A stretch of DNA of 64,000 nt from Ophelia neglecta (taxonomy: Eukaryota). A program made the translations under genes and the position numbers. The stretch covers positions 65,162,001 to 65,226,000 of the forward strand of contig OZ260662.1 in the NCBI GenBank assembly GCA_965285935.1, in the 5' to 3' direction. The notes below the pieces were generated by a model. The model did no database searches. It was not told the DNA's origin and was given only the letters and a program-made list of their open reading frames with translations. Below, in pieces: positions 49,301-61,197 of the stretch (its first letter is position 1; the number at the start of each line of letters is the position of its first letter).

Positions 49301-52299
49301 TTGGCCTTTCATAGTGCACAGTCATCTCTCTCGCTAGTGACCTGGATATCTGTTTATAATACTTTCTTTTAATTGTATATAATACCAAATATTTCACCTT
49401 TCAATTTATTATGGTGCTTTCCAATAAGAAGTGTGGTACAAACACGATGTACTCGAACAATACCTCATCCAGGTAAATATAACATGCTGCGTAATATATG
49501 GGAAATTTTTCAGTTCAACAAGATTCCTACACGTATTTGAAAAATAACCTGAGAAAAATCCTTCGAGTCTTAAGGCAGACTTTCAATTAAGTTAAAGTAA
49601 TTCATTTTTCATTTCTGACAGAAATCGTTTCTGGATTTTCGACAGAAACCTTGGCATTTTGGGCGTCATGGTGATATCAATGTAAAGCATTATTTGATAA
49701 TGAGAGGTAAAACCTTTAAATCTGTCATTAACAGTAGACTTATTAACTACATACATTGTTATTCGTGAGAAAAAATGCTCCTTTGATATGAAATGTCATA
49801 AAAGGGGACCCTGTAAGTTTAATTACGACACCAGAGGTGTTCTTTCCGCACTATAGTCAAAGCGTGGCCCTAATTGGCAGGCCTTTTTCAAACGATTTTT
49901 ACTTTGTTGAAACAGTTAATAAATTACATAATGGACAGCCTTCAAGTTTTCAATCAATGTCAAGACATCAGGAATATTTCCATCGCGGCGCAAGCTGTGT
50001 GTTGTTCTTCATGTATTTAGATGATATGTTTATATTCGCCCCCACGATGAATGTTTAATTCATCTGTGTAGGGGCCGGATCTATCTATGAGATTAGAATA
50101 CAGGGGTCAGAATTCACTTAAAGGGCGTAGATATTACCCCGGAGGTGGCCTTGAGGATAAGCATAAAGATTTGTTCCTGTGGAAGAGCGCACACTCTTTG
50201 AGCAATGTGTTCCTGCCCCCTGTATGCCCCCTCATCCGTCCTGCTGTAAACATGGCTATTTACATGTGGCTTCCACCAGAAACTAGAAGCAATTGAATAA
50301 TGCATTCCAGGTACTGTTAGCTGAACCAAACTGATGTGCCTTTATGTTCGTTCAAGGCAAGAAACAAAATCGTTTATTGATCCCAGATATCAATAGAAAC
50401 ACAAGGACATTGCGCATACAACTATCAAGCCAAGTTTTAATTAAATTGTATCCTACCCCGGTCATACTGCACTCAACATCAGCATGCACAACGTAGCATT
50501 GGCAGTTAAGTTTTTAACAAGTCTGTAACAATTAAATTTGTTTTTTTTGGGGGGTACAATCACGACAATTTTCATCAAGGGCACACTATGTGTTCAGTGA
50601 TAATAACTACCGCCGCCATGTATTGATTTGGCACACGACATGTTAATTTCTGCTTTAATTTTACCTGTACACGAACAGGTACATTGTACTATTGTAGTAC
50701 CAGATTGGGTGGAATATAACTTAATCAGTTAATTTGGATGGTAAAGAAATTGGAAAAATCTATCTATATTAAATGCTAGCTTAATGGGCCGTAAAATTGA
50801 CAACATTCCAGCATAAAATGTGCTTCTTCAACCGTGCTACATAACATTAATCATAGTCCATATTTAACTAGGCCTACCGATGAATCGACTTGGTTTCTTA
50901 GAAAAAAAACTTCATTATATCGCTTCGCTCTTCAACACAATAAAGGTGTTAATTAAATAATATGTATGTTAGGCTGTTACTAGTATCTGAATAACTGGCC
51001 TTAAAATATCAAAGTTATATACAATATAGGCTATTTTATATTTAATATTTTGTGCTTTTGAGAGCTTCAGGGAGATTAGATATCGTAGGTGGCACCGGAC
51101 TTGCACCAATAACACAAGTACTTCCATTTATGAAAATCCAAATAAACTTAAATATCTAGAAGACCGAATGATTGAACTTAAAACATACATAAAAATCCAT
51201 GGAGCGCATCCTATCTCCATGCTGGCGGTTAGGACAGGCTTATTACTGCTGTCAGAATACACAAAGGGCAGGTATATCACTGTCGCACCTAGCTCCCGTC
51301 ATTCAAAAGAGATATTTGGCATTAAACAGCTGCTTTCATGACTATCGACGAGTGCATGTTACTGTAAAAAGTTTTAATTTCACCCTGAATATGTTGATCT
51401 AAGGTTGGAATGCGTGGAATGTGCGTTCGATACATTCATGAAAATTTAATGGCCTTGCAATTGTGAATGTGACATTTACTATATTTGTTTGCAGACTGGG
51501 CTGGGCAAGTTAATTACATGAAATATAGTTCTAAAAATGTTTGCTGTTTGGAAGACCTGCAAAAGTTGCAGCTTCCAGAAAATATGTTCAAACAATCGGG
51601 TGAAAAGAAACGGGGAACAGACAAGGTTTTCTGTGCACGCGGTAGACACATGTAATTGAAAACGGCTAATGGCAACGGTGCAATCTCTGGGTTGTAACCT
51701 GTCTTTGATGGCAAAATGCAGCACATTTATAAATATCTCGCGCCCTCATTATTTAGGTCAACCTTGACCTCGGAACAGGGGACCTGAGACGCTACAGATG
51801 ACATACCAATGACCCCTCGTGAATCTGATGACCTTTGAAAATGAATGGGCCCCAAACCACAACGGATTGCTGTCTATCATTCGCGGAAATCCATGCCTTA
51901 ACATTCCAATATTAAGGAAGTGGCGTGGAACAATTTATTACAACCACCAAATGAACTGGTACATGACGTTCTTCTTGCTATGTACAAAGTTCTTGGAACA
52001 CAAGTTGGTTCATAGTTTATCGACTTTCGAAAAGCTCTTATGGTAAACAATGTAAAGAAATTATGAAAACTGAACAGATACAGTCCCGAGAAATACCCAT
52101 ATTTGTTTGAATGATAAACTGGGTAGTTATCAGAGCTTGACGCCGATTGTTTATAACCCTCTTAGTTCAAGGAATTAAAATCAACGAAGTCCTCTAGGCA
52201 AACAAACTGCTCTTTAATTATTTAATTAACTTGTGTTATTTTTAGGACTACGCACCCTTGCGTGTGCTTCAATCAAGTCAAAGGGCGGATAGTCTGGGC

Positions 52300-52605
52300 A
52301 TGAGAGCCTGGCTGGGAGCCTGGGCCCAGGGAGCCGGGGCCCAGGGAGCCAGGGTTGGGCCTAGGCCTAGGGAGCCTGGGCCTAAGGAGCATGGGCCCAG
52401 GAGCCTGGGCCTAAGGAGCCTGGGCCCAGGGAGCCTGGGCCCAGGGAGCATGGGCCTAAGGAGCCTGGGCCCAGGGAGCCTGGGCCTGGGCCTATGCCCA
52501 GGGAGCATGGGCCCAGGAGCCTGGGCCTAAGGAGCCTGGGCCAGGATAGCCTGGGCCCAGGGAGCCTGGGCCTAGGGAGCATGGGCCCATGGAGCCAGGG
52601 AGCCA
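52300..52605. repeat. GC-rich 15-bp minisatellite (GGGAGCCTGGGCCCA and variants)
   Basis: About 20 near-tandem units with 14/15-bp length variants. Confidence 0.92.
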
Positions 52606-54587
52606 GAATGGTTACTCTGATGCAATATTTTCAGCTCTAATGGTTCTAAAGGTGCGACACAATTTCAAAATTCAACACAAAACTAAGTGACCAAAGCAGA
52701 AAATTAACCGCTGGAATGCTTGGGAATGTAAAGAATGCATATATATCGTCGGCTAGTCATGGCATCATGGCGTGCACCCAACCTAGCCAGAGGTGACGAC
52801 TGCTTTTCTAGACCCTTTCATGGAAATATCTGTATCAAAACAACAAGATGATAAACATAAAATACCGGGTCAAAGAAAGTGTCATTGCTAATGAACTAAA
52901 ATAGTTGGTTTTTTTAAGTGTGTCGGATAGAACGATAACGACATCTTTATGTCCCGAGAGAGCAAATCATTTAAGATTTATGAAGGGTGGAGCGGTATGA
53001 CTTGCAGAGATGATTTACAAATTACCAGGTAAGCAGTGAAGGTATTCTTGCAAGCCCCGAGCTTGTAGTGGTGAACCCTCGATGTTCTATTGTCAAAGAC
53101 CATTCAGAGCTGTTCAACAGCAATCGTGTAACTGTCTGACAATTTCCCGTATTTTCCAAGGCAGCAAGGCCTTTTGAGTATTAATCTTGCCCTATCAGTT
53201 GTAGTACTTATAAACGTTGACAATGCCGTGAACTATATCAGCGTCTGAGGAATGTAAGATAGGTGCACGCTGGCCCTGGCATGGAGGACCAAGATTTATC
53301 TCCTGACCTCGACAAGGGCTATATCTAGCTGAGTCATTCTACATGTGACATTAAAATATCTTATTTCTAAAACCTAGTCATCATGACGCTATTTAACATT
53401 CACCGACGGAAAGTGAAATTTGTTAAAGGGTTCATTTTGGCGACTGGATATAAGCCTATAACAGAACCTAAGAGAGTAAACCATCGATTGTGAATTGTAA
53501 TAGGAAATGTCCCACTTAGCCGTGCTGGGGATTTTTTGCTCTTCGTTGAGGCGTTGTACGTTTTTTACTATGCGGAAAGCGATGTCTTTGCTGGGGTGCT
53601 TCCTTCCTGATTTATGGCTTTTCGTGTGCCTGGATGTATGGTTGTTCTATTCAGGTCCAGTAACCGGCTCTTTTTAGCTCGGCCCGCTGGTGGAGGAATG
53701 ACCTGGCGCCACCTGTGTAGGCATCAAAACCCATCCTACATGTCCTAGACGGTCTCATGAGGTTCATCCTTGCAGATTTAGGCATAAGAAAGGACTACAA
53801 TGCCATCTTGTACAGGCCTTACCCTGAGCAATCAAAATGTGGCCTAACTAAGAATATGCGCCATGGTTTTTCAAACAAAACATTTAAATAATATGAGTTT
53901 TAACTGCATTGCATGCAATGGTTGACTACCTTTGTTCTATTTCATTTAGAAATAGTTTAAAATCTCATTAGGATTTAGGGCCTATAGGTTTTCTTTTGGC
54001 CAACCGACCCAAAGGTACGAAGTTGCTTCTCATAATGATTTATGTTTTCCTTCGAAACTTGATAGGTAATTGAGTACTTGGCATTTCTGATGTTAGTCCT
54101 TCTAAGAAACTAACATGTTTTGTCAACAAAAAGCTTCCTCTTCTTGGCAGGCCACACGAGCGAGAGAGTGTCAAGCTATCGGACAGGTTCAAAGGTCGAC
54201 TAGCCATTCTTTTCTGGGCAAGCGGGTTCCCATGCCTACCAACACCCTGAAAACATTGAACTATAGGGCAAAAGGAAAAGTGGCAGAAAATCGGGGTGAT
54301 TTTCCGAACAATGGCGCCTCGCTGGGTGTCCATTTAGAGATCACGGGGTTGGTTTTCCCGACAGCAGGTCAGCTGTGTGGCCATGACATGCAGGTGACAC
54401 CCTGGTCATCTTCCACGGGCCTTGCCCTCGGGAAGAAGTTGACTACCGCGTTTTCTTAAATGACAGTAATTGAACCGCGAACAATTGTTGCATTTTTACA
54501 TTGTTCACGACGACTGGACGAGAACTGTTTATCAGCCGACTTTTTGTATCTCCATCAGAGCAATGCAGTCGACAGACTGATCAAATA

Positions 54588-54665
54588 CCGGTGCATGGGA
54601 TTTGAACCCTTCAAATGTCGTCTGCTTAAGAATCACTTACGATCCAACCGATTAGAGCACTCTTC
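54588..54665 (-). mobile_element. tRNA-derived SINE head or tRNA pseudogene-like remnant
   Basis: Minus strand GAGTGCTCTAA (A-box-like) then GGGTTCAAATCCC (B-box/T-arm); no complete cloverleaf. Confidence 0.45.
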
Positions 54666-57600
54666 TAAATCGATGTTGAAATAGCCTGCATGGTTCGGTT
54701 TGATATAAACATACCTGTTATTTATAATTCCATTAATTAAAGAATACTCCGAAGTTTCATAGTATTATCTTCAGACAACCATAAATGTCACACTTGTGGT
54801 GTTGTGGTCGCCTGTCCTATAAAGAGGGCTGTTCTATTTTCACTTACGAGAGGCACCTTCAGACGTATGTCAACAAAAATACGAATCAAACTAACAAATA
54901 TATAAGGTTACCTTCAATGACAGGTTCCTAAGGAAACAGAAGATCTACTATTGCGACTTTGGTCATCAAACCACAAACAGTTGGCAAGTAGTCAACATTA
55001 TTAATGAGAACTGTAGGGCAGACGACAGAAGTGTGAAGGACGAGGTGCTGTAAGACATGGCAGGCGTATAACGATAAGAGCAAGGGTTAAATCTTTGAAT
55101 ATAAATACACATCATCAAATCGAGTCATTTCTCTCCTGCTAGTTTTCACTATTGATTGACAATGACAATCCATGTAAAATGAAGTAACCTGTTCTAAGAG
55201 CCTTAAAACAGAATCGTATGAATAACGAACAGGCTTGCATGCATATTCGGGCTGTTTGTTGTGTGATTTCATTATTCTGACAAAACTATATGACAGGCAA
55301 AGTGGTAAATAAAGTCAATTTTGCCTTCTTGTATTCACTTTTTTTTTGTTCTTCATGAAAACTCCCGTTTGTCATTTGTATGGCAAATAACTTACTGCGA
55401 TATAGTCAATAATTACACAGAGGCGATAAGTTTGTTTAGATTATCGTAAGGTTTGAATTGGGAAAGGCGACTCTTTTAGTAACACCCTTGAATGTGTATA
55501 GCGCCTTTAAGACGTTGAATCAACGATAACTCGGTGTTGAAGGAATTCCTTTTCCAGCTTGACATACCTTTACATTGATAAAACAGTATATTTTGTTTTA
55601 TATTTAAACATATTTGCGAGGCAAACATTTTTATTGCTGGTAGAAAATGTTCCGAATTTTACTGCAAACACGCTACATGGGAGTGCCCTGGGTATAAGTG
55701 TATTAAAGTCACCAAATATTAAAGGCATTTTACTTCAATAAACCTGTCTGTTAACTTTCTTCTCTACAAACGTGGCAATGTTATAGCCAGTTGTGATCAG
55801 TATACACACTAATGTAAGTCATGCAGGCCTGTGTGCGGTTACGTTTTACATACATACCTGTATATAAATACTATCTATACTAGGTGACATGAAAGATATG
55901 CCCCAAAGCCTACTTTACTCGCATATTTGTGAAGCATCCTTTTTACATCTTCCAATGAAATATTATATTATTTGTCTAATATACTGGTTTTAACCGCACC
56001 GCTTGGCTTCGTTCGTAGTTTTAGAACCACAACCAGACGTTCTTGTTTGGGGAAAACACATATACATGCAATAGAAATGTCTGTTTTTTTGGGAAAAAGA
56101 ACAAAAGCAGTGTTAACTTTGATAATTAAGAAAATGACTGAAAAGTCTTACCTTTTTAAAGAAGATAAAACTGCGTGACTTGTGATATATGTATCCTTGC
56201 TTTAGGTTTTATCCTGTTCTAACCTTACTCTTCTTTCTCCGCCTGGCGGTTTACAATGTGACGGCAGGTATTGAGACGTGTTCCTAGTATGATCTCACGC
56301 GTAATTGTGCGTTCAAAGGAGCCGCCCTATGGAAATTTATAGCCACCTACACGCGTGGCTAAGCGCACACATCGCAGTTCAGTGAAATCTGCTCGCCTCG
56401 CAAAGAATACGAACAAATGATTCAGCAGTTGGTCACAGATTACTATTTGAAAATAGCCAGCATTCCTGACATTCAATCGTTCAAATTCATATTATTATGA
56501 TCCACGCACTGGTGTGACGCGTGGCGCAGCAATCCTGCCTGTGAACGTATCTGAAAGTATTGAATAGGTTAAGAAATCTCAGCTTTCTACTTACGTCAAC
56601 TGGACACAACAAACAAAATCCCCAAGTGAATAAAATTATAGTCATTTCTCCGTGGGAAAGTGGGAATAGTCCATTGGTTAAAATGGAGTGTGTGTATTAA
56701 AAGATGATGTAGATAAATGCTATTTTGGTTGGCCAGAACTGATTCCAGTTATCTCTGTAACACAAGTCATTAATTTTGTGTAATGTCTTGCATAGCCAGA
56801 TACCATTCATGTTAAGGACACAAATAATATGTAGATATTAAAAATGACTATTATTAGCTTGTTACATGTGACAGTATTATCCAACATACACTATTACTAT
56901 TTACAACTTTGTCATAATACAACCGCGACCTTTTGACCTAAAACCTTTATATTCATGTGTGTTATTTAGCGGTATGCTGTTAAAGGTATAACATTGTCAT
57001 AAAGTTTAATCTATATATAATAAATATGTCCAATACAGTAAGATATTACAACATCAATCCTATTCGAGGATTAAAATATAATTTATCAAAACTGTAATCG
57101 ACTTTTTGATCAGTCGTGTACCAAAGTTAAAAGTAGTAAAGAATAAAACGACTTTAGAGTGTCACGAGGTCTTTGCTTAACTATCAGAAATAGTATTTCA
57201 TAAAATTCCAAAGCTGTGTTTAGTTTTAGTAACACATAGGACCGACCAGTGACAAGCTGTTCCGAAGACTATGAGCTGTGTACGAGAAGACCCTCTGGCC
57301 CTAAGAAACCGTTCTGGTAGGCTGAACAAACAGAATATTGAAGGATGACGGACAAAGATTATGTCCGGGGCGGTGACTGGTGAGAAGTAGTCCTATAAGA
57401 GACAGTACTCTGACAGTCTTTGAATGCTTTGAATGTGGTTATAGACACACCTTGAACCTAATTGCTGCTAGGTTTAGGTGTGTAGATGGGGAACGATGAT
57501 CTTTCAGTTTTTCGATAGGCCTATTTAAGTTGACAGTTGAAGACAGCAGGTTTCACCTCACACGTTCTCTAGTCCCCGAATTCGGAGCTCGGCGATCAGA

Positions 57601-60600
57601 TTGTCCAACGTAAAGACCACATTATCATTTATTGTTGCTCAACAAATCGTATACTAAAAAAGGCAGCTTGTTGACAGATTGACAGAGATTCTTTGTCGAC
57701 TGTAGGCAATTTGATCAATTACCCCGCACTACGTATTATAGTATAGATGTCGTTCTATCCCAGCTGAGATGAAAACTTTGAAACAATATACCAATGTTTC
57801 ACAGTAGATACAAAATGAGTGTATTCTCTTCAAACAAACATGCCGTCGGCCGCTTTGAAAGAATAGAGCGGACAATGTATATCAGGTTGCAATTATCACT
57901 AGCCACTGGCCACCTGCGATGGTTACTCTTAGATTCCTATTATTAAGACAGCAAAAACATAAGACAACACGTCTCCAGGAACCATAGTGCAAACTGCCAG
58001 GAGGCACAAGCTCATCAAGCCACCGTCGTGTTACACGTAGCTGGGTATTATTCAAACTGCTAGAAATGTACGTTTCCACCAGGCAAATGTGTCTAGATAA
58101 TGATAAATTTAGTCCTACCTGGTAGACAAACCCGTCAAGGTCTTGCACAAATACTAAAAATTATTGACATGCTTTGATAACTTGTTTAGGAAAAGAAGAG
58201 GGAATGAGTGCTCTATTTAGAAAGTTTTTAAAAACCTCATATAGCATATCCTTACAAACTTTTATTAGATATGAAGTAGATTGTAATCTAGAGGATTTGT
58301 CATCATGTCAATCCTGAAAATACTGACAATGATCACACAGCGTGTCTACCTTAGGTAATTCCGACATCTGTACGTTAATCAGAGCGCATGCTTGAATTGG
58401 TCATAGACAACAGGAGAATTGTAGGAGGTGTCAAGCAAGAAGGTTTTTTATAGTGAATTAACAAAGGGGCAGACAAATAAACAAGACGAGAACAATTAGG
58501 CTACCTTTGTTGTACCACCTGGTGCCTGGGGCACCACTATTCACAACCTCTTTATAGTCCTTAGAACATCTCAGACATTGACAAGGTCCCAGAAAGTTCA
58601 AAAGCTGGGCTTGAAATCACTACACATGTTTTATTACAAGTACAGGTACAGATAAAGTCAGTCCATCCATCATCTTGTTCATTTTTATTTCTCTCCGTGA
58701 TCTGCTGATTGTGTCTTATCGGTACATCACAGATGAATGTAAATAAATTTAAATTACATAGGGTGCCATATTGCACTTGTGCTCTGATTATCAGCAGGTA
58801 GTGGTTACGTAGTACAGGTGACAAACTTTAAAAGCGTTCGATTAAGCGCTCTTAGATTTTGGATGGCGGATAACGGAAATAGGCCTAAGGCTAAAGTAAA
58901 TTCACCAATGTTTGATTTCAAAACGCCTTGTCACAAAACTTATTGTTAGTTATATTAGGTTCTTCGAAGCGTTTAAACTATTCGAAATGTTAAATATTTG
59001 TGTCTTAAAAAAGTATGTTGTAGGCCGTTGGGTCTGGAAAAGCGAGAAATGTGCTTCTAATAAGCACCAATAATGGTCGTGGTAGCTTATCACGGCGAAC
59101 AGCAGACATATCAAATTTAATGGTATGCAGTCCTGTTCTCCAAGTTTGGTGAAGGGGCGGGGAACACGGCTTGGTGGGATGAATGCGAAAAAATGGTTCT
59201 TGCGTTTTTCGCTAAAGATCTGCCTACTTTCATTCATAAAATTGACTTTTTGCCTCATTCAAAGCTTTTCTCCGGGGTATGCTCCATATTTCAGGCGTTA
59301 CTGTTTTTAGTCTGGTAGAAAAACTGACCATTTGATAAGCTATAAAGCCTTTGCAGTTTCCTTTGACTTTTTCATTTTAAATGCTGAAAAGGTAGTTATG
59401 CAGACACAATTTCTTTTTAGCGTTGCTAAGTGATAACCTGCGGATTCCAATCAGGCTCGTCATGCATTGACAATGACAATGTTGAAGTAGCAGGCACCTG
59501 TAAACGCAGTACATTGTAGAAAAATTCATAGTTATAAGATATTTTCCTTTACGTTTAGGCTAACAGGCCATAATAAGTCAAAAAATCCATTTTATGGAGC
59601 CAACAAACAGACTGCATTGGTTTCTACAAGAGCTGCAGACAGAGGCGCGACTCATAAGATCTTTTACTGGGCTTAATCACTTATGTTACAATATGTTTAT
59701 AGAATATTTGACCACTAATGTCGAAATAAAAAATAGTGGATGTTTACGACATTAGGAGCAAAATGAGGAAATTCCTAGCCAATTTACGTCAAATTCAGTT
59801 ACTAATTTGACAGTGGGTGTTTACATTTCTCTCAATCTCAGCTAAGTGGCTCCACTAGGCTCCGAAGACTGTCGCAAGGGGTTACTCGCATAAAATATAC
59901 CTCCTACAATTGCCTACATTTGTTATTTTATCAGGGAGACATCATTCAACATAGTCAAACTGAAAAATTGTTTATAAATTGCTTAATTTGTCATTGAGGT
60001 GTAATAAGTGGTCCAAAATAGGCAAAAATGCAATTTCGCTAATAGTTGTAAGTTTCCGAACTTAATTAATAACATTAATAAAACAAAATGTTTCACACTG
60101 GATGTGGCATTCCATGACAAAACACTCATGTTAAAGCAGAGCACATACATTGTATTTTGAATTGTTCTTCAGGTTAGATTTAAGAAAGCCAATAATTATG
60201 CTTGTTGCAAGAGTTCCGTTGATGCGTGACAAATACACGCCTCTTGACCACCAGCTTTTCTTAAACTACATTGGATATATTTCTTTGCAGTTTTAAACAC
60301 CGATTACGAAGCCGCAGTTGTTCATTAACTTCAGAAGTTTGTATACTGTGCCATAAATTGGCGGCACGACCGTAGAATTGACAATTTTTGCTTTAAAAAA
60401 TTTGTCACGTAATGACAAAATTTATTTGGAGCAGTTAAGCGGTGACTGATGCCTCCAAAGGTTTTAAGAAAGGTTTTTTTCGTGTTACGCGTAATAATAC
60501 ACGAATCGCCAATGACCCAGGTACTTTATTTCGATAAAAATTCTACACAAAATTTTAGCCCGCAAACAGTGGAATTTTGGAGAATATTCTCCGGGTCTTA

Positions 60601-61039
60601 TTTGGTATCGTTTCTAATGGAGCAGGTATTTACGAATAATAAAGTTATTCAAATTATGGAGTCAACCATTGACTTTTGACAAGTTGCCCCCCCCCCCCAC
60701 GTGATCATGACGTTGTCCAGAATGTGAAATTGTAGAAAATATTGTAGTAAGAAAGTATATGATTAAACTGTGACTTCATTAATATCCAGTCAGGTTCTTT
60801 ATATATCCTTTTATAGATAATTTGTTAATGCGAGATACCATGTTGATAAATGTCCAATAAACTGTTTAAATGAAGTGGCTTTTAGCGGTAATAGGGGATT
60901 GTTACAACTGTTTCAGAAAAAAGATATTCCAATGATTCACGACCTGCAAAAGAATGTTTCATTTGGCACAAGGTTTTCCTTGCAGAGATTTGACAAGTCG
61001 GCCGAGTGCTTTCAAATAGATTATAACGATGTGAATCTA

Positions 61040-61197
61040 TGACATATGACCACACGTGATACCTTCCCAGCATAGGGTATTTGGAGCCTCTAAGCTGAGA
61101 TTGGTCGATTTGACATATAACCACACATGATACCCCCCCCCCCCCCCCCCCGCCCAGCATAGGGTATTTGGAGACTCTTAGCTGAGATTGGTCGATT
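61040..61197. repeat. About 71-bp tandem duplication with a poly-C expansion in the second copy
   Basis: gacatat(g/a)accacac(g/a)tgatacc...cccagcatagggtatttggag...gctgagattggtcgatt x2. Confidence 0.85.

Noticed and set aside
52258-52582. Gly/Pro-rich ORFs resembling collagen or silk
   Set aside because: 5-residue period rather than Gly-X-Y, and frames shift through the minisatellite indels.
57445-57483. Short imperfect hairpin (acacaccttgaaccta / taggtttaggtgtgt)
   Set aside because: Too short for a pre-miRNA and no Helitron CTRR end follows.
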